A stretch of 64,000 nt of DNA from an uncultured beta proteobacterium (GTDB lineage Bacteria; Pseudomonadota; Gammaproteobacteria; Burkholderiales; SG8-39), in contig CAVVGT010000003.1 of assembly GCA_963747775.1 (NCBI GenBank), positions 641,538 to 705,537 of the forward strand, written 5' to 3'. Both the position numbers and the translations under genes were made by a program. Below are positions 61,382 through 64,000 of this stretch, one piece after another. Each line of letters opens with the position of its first letter. The first letter of the stretch is position 1. The notes beneath the pieces were generated by a model. The model was not told the origin of the DNA, did no database searches, and saw only the letters and a program-made list of their open reading frames with translations.

Positions 61382-62365
61382 ATGATCAACGTCGAGAACC
61401 TGACCCGCACGTTCGGGCCGAAGACCGCGGTCGACCGCGTGTCGTTCCAGGTCGGGCGCGGCGAGGTGCTCGGCTTCCTCGGGCCGAACGGTGCCGGCAA
61501 GTCCACGACGATGCGGATGATCACGGGCTACATCCCGCCGACCGCCGGGCGCGTCACGGTCTGCGGGTTCGACGTGGCCGAACGGCCGATCGAGGCGCGC
61601 CGCCGCATCGGCTACCTGCCGGAGTCCGCGCCGTCCTACCACGACATGAGCGTCGAGTCGTTCCTCGGCTTCGCGGCGGAGATGCGCGGGTTCCGCGGCG
61701 ACGCGAAGAAGCACGCGGTCGGGAAGGCCGTCGAGACCTGCTTCCTGCAACCGGTGCTGCACCAGAGCATCGACACGTTGTCGAAAGGCTTCCGCCATCG
61801 CACCTGCCTCGCGCAAGCACTGATCCACGACCCCGAGGTGCTGATCCTCGACGAGCCGACCGACGGTCTGGATCCGAACCAGAAGCACGAGATCCGGTCG
61901 CTGATCAAGCGCATGGGGGCGAACAAGGCGATCGTCTTCTCGACCCACATCCTGGAAGAGGTGGAGGCGGTCTGCAGCCGTGCCATCATCATCGATCGCG
62001 GTGCGATCGTTGCGAACGGCACCCCGGACGAGCTGAAGGCGCGCTCGGATCGCGCCGGCGCTGTGTTGCTGACGCTGCGCGGGCCGCAGGCGGACGCGGT
62101 CCGCGAAGCGTTCGCCCGTCTGCCCGGCGTGGGGCGCGCGGAGATCCTGTCGGACGAGGGCGGCAAGGTGGCGGTCCGGGCCTACCCGGACCAGACGCAA
62201 CTCGACTCGGCCTTCGCAGCGCACGTCGCGCAGGAGATCATGAGCCGGTGGAGCTGGACGATCGAGGAGCTGCACACCGAAGCGGGGCGCCTCGACGACG
62301 TGTTCCGCGCCATCACCCGGCCCGATACGCTCCGTGACGCTAAAGCGCCTGCGGAGGCGGCATGA
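61382..62365 (+). CDS. ABC-2 type transporter ATP-binding protein (GldA-like)
   Basis: Walker A GPNGAGKST, signature LSKGFRHR, Walker B LILDEPT. AAGGAG RBS. Confidence 0.9.
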   Translation: MINVENLTRTFGPKTAVDRVSFQVGRGEVLGFLGPNGAGKSTTMRMITGYIPPTAGRVTVCGFDVAERPIEARRRIGYLPESAPSYHDMSVESFLGFAAEMRGFRGDAKKHAVGKAVETCFLQPVLHQSIDTLSKGFRHRTCLAQALIHDPEVLILDEPTDGLDPNQKHEIRSLIKRMGANKAIVFSTHILEEVEAVCSRAIIIDRGAIVANGTPDELKARSDRAGAVLLTLRGPQADAVREAFARLPGVGRAEILSDEGGKVAVRAYPDQTQLDSAFAAHVAQEIMSRWSWTIEELHTEAGRLDDVFRAITRPDTLRDAKAPAEAA

Positions 62366-63105
62366 GCGCCTGGACCAACATCCGTACGGTAACGAAGCGC
62401 GAGCTCGCGGCGTACTTCGACTCGCCGGTCGCCTACGTCTTCATCGTCATCTTCCTTCTGCTCGCGGGCTTCTTCACGTTCACCTTCGGCGCGTTCTTCG
62501 ACCGCGGCGAGGCCTCGCTCGGGGCCTTCTTCATGTGGCTGCCGTGGCTGTTCCTCTTCCTCGTCCCGGCGGTGGGGATGCGGCTGTGGTCCGAGGAGCG
62601 TCGCAGCGGCACCATGGAGCTGCTGCTCACCTTCCCGATCACGACCTGGCAGGCGATCGTCGCCAAGTTCCTGGCCTCGTGGCTCTTTCTCGGCATCGCG
62701 CTCGCGCTCACCGTCCCGGTGTGGCTCACGGTGAACCTCCTCGGCGATCCGGACAACGGCGTGATCGTCGCCGGCTATATCGGGAGCTTTCTCCTGGCGG
62801 GCGCCTATCTCGCGATCAGCTCCGCGACCTCGGCGATGACGCGCAATCAGGTGGTGAGCTTTATCCTGTCGGTGGTGATCTGCCTGCTTCTCGTCCTGGT
62901 CGGGTTCCAGCCGGTGACCGATCTCGTCGGGCGCTGGGCCGCGCCGCGGTTCGTGGAAAGCGTCGCGTCGTTCAGCGTGCTCACCCATTTCGACGGCTTC
63001 CAGAAGGGCGTGATCGACTCGCGCGACCTGGTGTTCTTCGCGTCGCTGATCGGCTTTGCGCTGTTCGTGACGGGCGTCGTGCTGCGCGGCCAGCGCGCCG
63101 GATAG
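62362..63105 (+). CDS. ABC-2 type transporter permease (GldF-like)
   Basis: Six predicted TM segments and a 4-nt overlap with the ATPase gene. Confidence 0.85.
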   Translation: MSAWTNIRTVTKRELAAYFDSPVAYVFIVIFLLLAGFFTFTFGAFFDRGEASLGAFFMWLPWLFLFLVPAVGMRLWSEERRSGTMELLLTFPITTWQAIVAKFLASWLFLGIALALTVPVWLTVNLLGDPDNGVIVAGYIGSFLLAGAYLAISSATSAMTRNQVVSFILSVVICLLLVLVGFQPVTDLVGRWAAPRFVESVASFSVLTHFDGFQKGVIDSRDLVFFASLIGFALFVTGVVLRGQRAG

Positions 63106-63112
63106 GTCGACC

Positions 63113-64000
63113 ATGAAGAAAAACACGGAACGCTGGGTGTACTCGATCGCCGGCGTGCTCGCGGTCTTCGCGGGCATCGTCGCGCTCAACTTCATTCTCG
63201 GGGCGGTGCCGGCGCGGGTCGATCTGACCGAGGGCCATCTCTATACGCTCTCCGACGGGACGAAGAAGCTGCTCGGTAAGCTCGAGGCGCCGGTGCGGGT
63301 GCGCTACTATTTCAACTCCGGCGACGCGAACGTTCCGGTGCCGATCCGCGCCTTCGCGGGCCGCGTGGACGACCTGCTGCGCGAGTTCCGGTCGGCGGCG
63401 AACGGCAAGGTCCTGATCGAAAAGCTCAACCCGCAGCCGGATTCCGACGCCGAGGACTCGGCGAACGTCGACGGCGTCGAGGCGCAGGTGGCGCCCTCGG
63501 GCGAGAAGTTCTACCTCGGGCTCGCGGTCAGCCAGGCCGACCAGAAGATCGCCATTCCGGCCCTCGCGCCCGATCGCGAGCGGCTGCTCGAATACGACCT
63601 GCTGCGCGCGATCGGACGCGTGACCAAGACCGACAAGCCGGTGGTGGGCGTGATGAGCGGATTGCCGGTGTTCGGGATGCCGGCCAACCCGATGTTCGGC
63701 ATGCAGGGTTCCGAGCCGCAGGTCTTCGTCCTCGAGCTCCAGCGCGACTTCGACGTGAAGCGCGTCGGGATGGACGTCGACCAGATCGACGACGCGATCA
63801 AGACGCTGGTCGTCATCCACCCGAAGAACATCGGCGAACAGGCCCAGTTTGCCCTCGACCAGTTCGTGCTGCGCGGTGGCAAGCTCGTCGTCTTCCTCGA
63901 CCCGTACGCCTACTTCGACCAGCAGCCGGGCCCGATGGCCGCAATGGGGCCGAGCTCGTCCAACCTCGACCGGCTGCTCAAGGGCTGGGGGCTGCAGTTC
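63113..64000 (+). CDS. GldG-like ABC-transporter auxiliary protein, 5' part (open at window end)
   Basis: Not in the ORF track because no stop is reached. The ATG at 63113 gives MKKNTERWVYSIAGVLAVFAGIVALNFILGAVPARVDLTEGHLYTLSDGTKKLL...VRYYF..., the typical GldG-family N-terminus. The frame is open to 64000. Confidence 0.75.
   Translation, partial: MKKNTERWVYSIAGVLAVFAGIVALNFILGAVPARVDLTEGHLYTLSDGTKKLLGKLEAPVRVRYYFNSGDANVPVPIRAFAGRVDDLLREFRSAANGKVLIEKLNPQPDSDAEDSANVDGVEAQVAPSGEKFYLGLAVSQADQKIAIPALAPDRERLLEYDLLRAIGRVTKTDKPVVGVMSGLPVFGMPANPMFGMQGSEPQVFVLELQRDFDVKRVGMDVDQIDDAIKTLVVIHPKNIGEQAQFALDQFVLRGGKLVVFLDPYAYFDQQPGPMAAMGPSSSNLDRLLKGWGLQF

Overview
Strongly GC-rich proteobacterial chromosomal window. 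Several small conserved families and the imuA-imuB-dnaE2 cassette suggest a Burkholderiales-like beta-proteobacterium, but that is inference only. I support about 60 genes, read mainly from motifs in the supplied ORF translations and from nucleotide-level checks of starts, stops and frame junctions.

Layout:
(1) 0-10 kb, repair and proteostasis: an MrfA/YprA-like DEXH helicase, a frameshifted YprB/MrfB-like exonuclease and a coupled 154-aa unknown; Hsp20-Lon; PolX.
(2) 10.4-29 kb, a dense storage-lipid island: PhaC, FadD, a class-3 ALDH + Tat subunit + GMC dehydrogenase + membrane hydrolase module, a two-domain fatty acyl-CoA reductase, a phasin, a patatin lipase, TetR, WS/DGAT, ACBP, a PHA-granule protein and CFA synthase.
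(3) 29-31.6 kb: an aminotransferase and two tandem TPR paralogs.
(4) 31.6-38 kb: the SOS cassette orf139-lexA-imuA-imuB-dnaE2 behind a CTGC-N8-ACAG box. The stretch 34.27-37.15 kb is riddled with roughly 20 frame changes.
(5) 38-45.7 kb: a DUF3460-like gene, a TPR lipoprotein, an SDR, a PmtA-like methyltransferase, a ~1150-aa GltD/PyrK-type fusion flavoprotein, a 7Fe ferredoxin and a nitroreductase flanked by two short tandem-repeat arrays.
(6) 45.9-61.2 kb: the best candidate for an undescribed pathway. It holds a molybdo-hydroxylase, an SDR, a 6-hydroxynicotinate-reductase-like Fe-S protein, a UPF0280 protein, a Liv-type ABC importer and a HyuA/HyuB ATP-dependent amidohydrolase.
(7) 61.4-64 kb: an ABC-2 exporter with a GldG-like partner, truncated by the window end.

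I found no rRNA, tRNA, CRISPR array, transposase or integrase. Five further single-base frameshifts lie in four otherwise intact genes outside the SOS cassette. I cannot tell from sequence alone whether the frameshifts are real or assembly errors.
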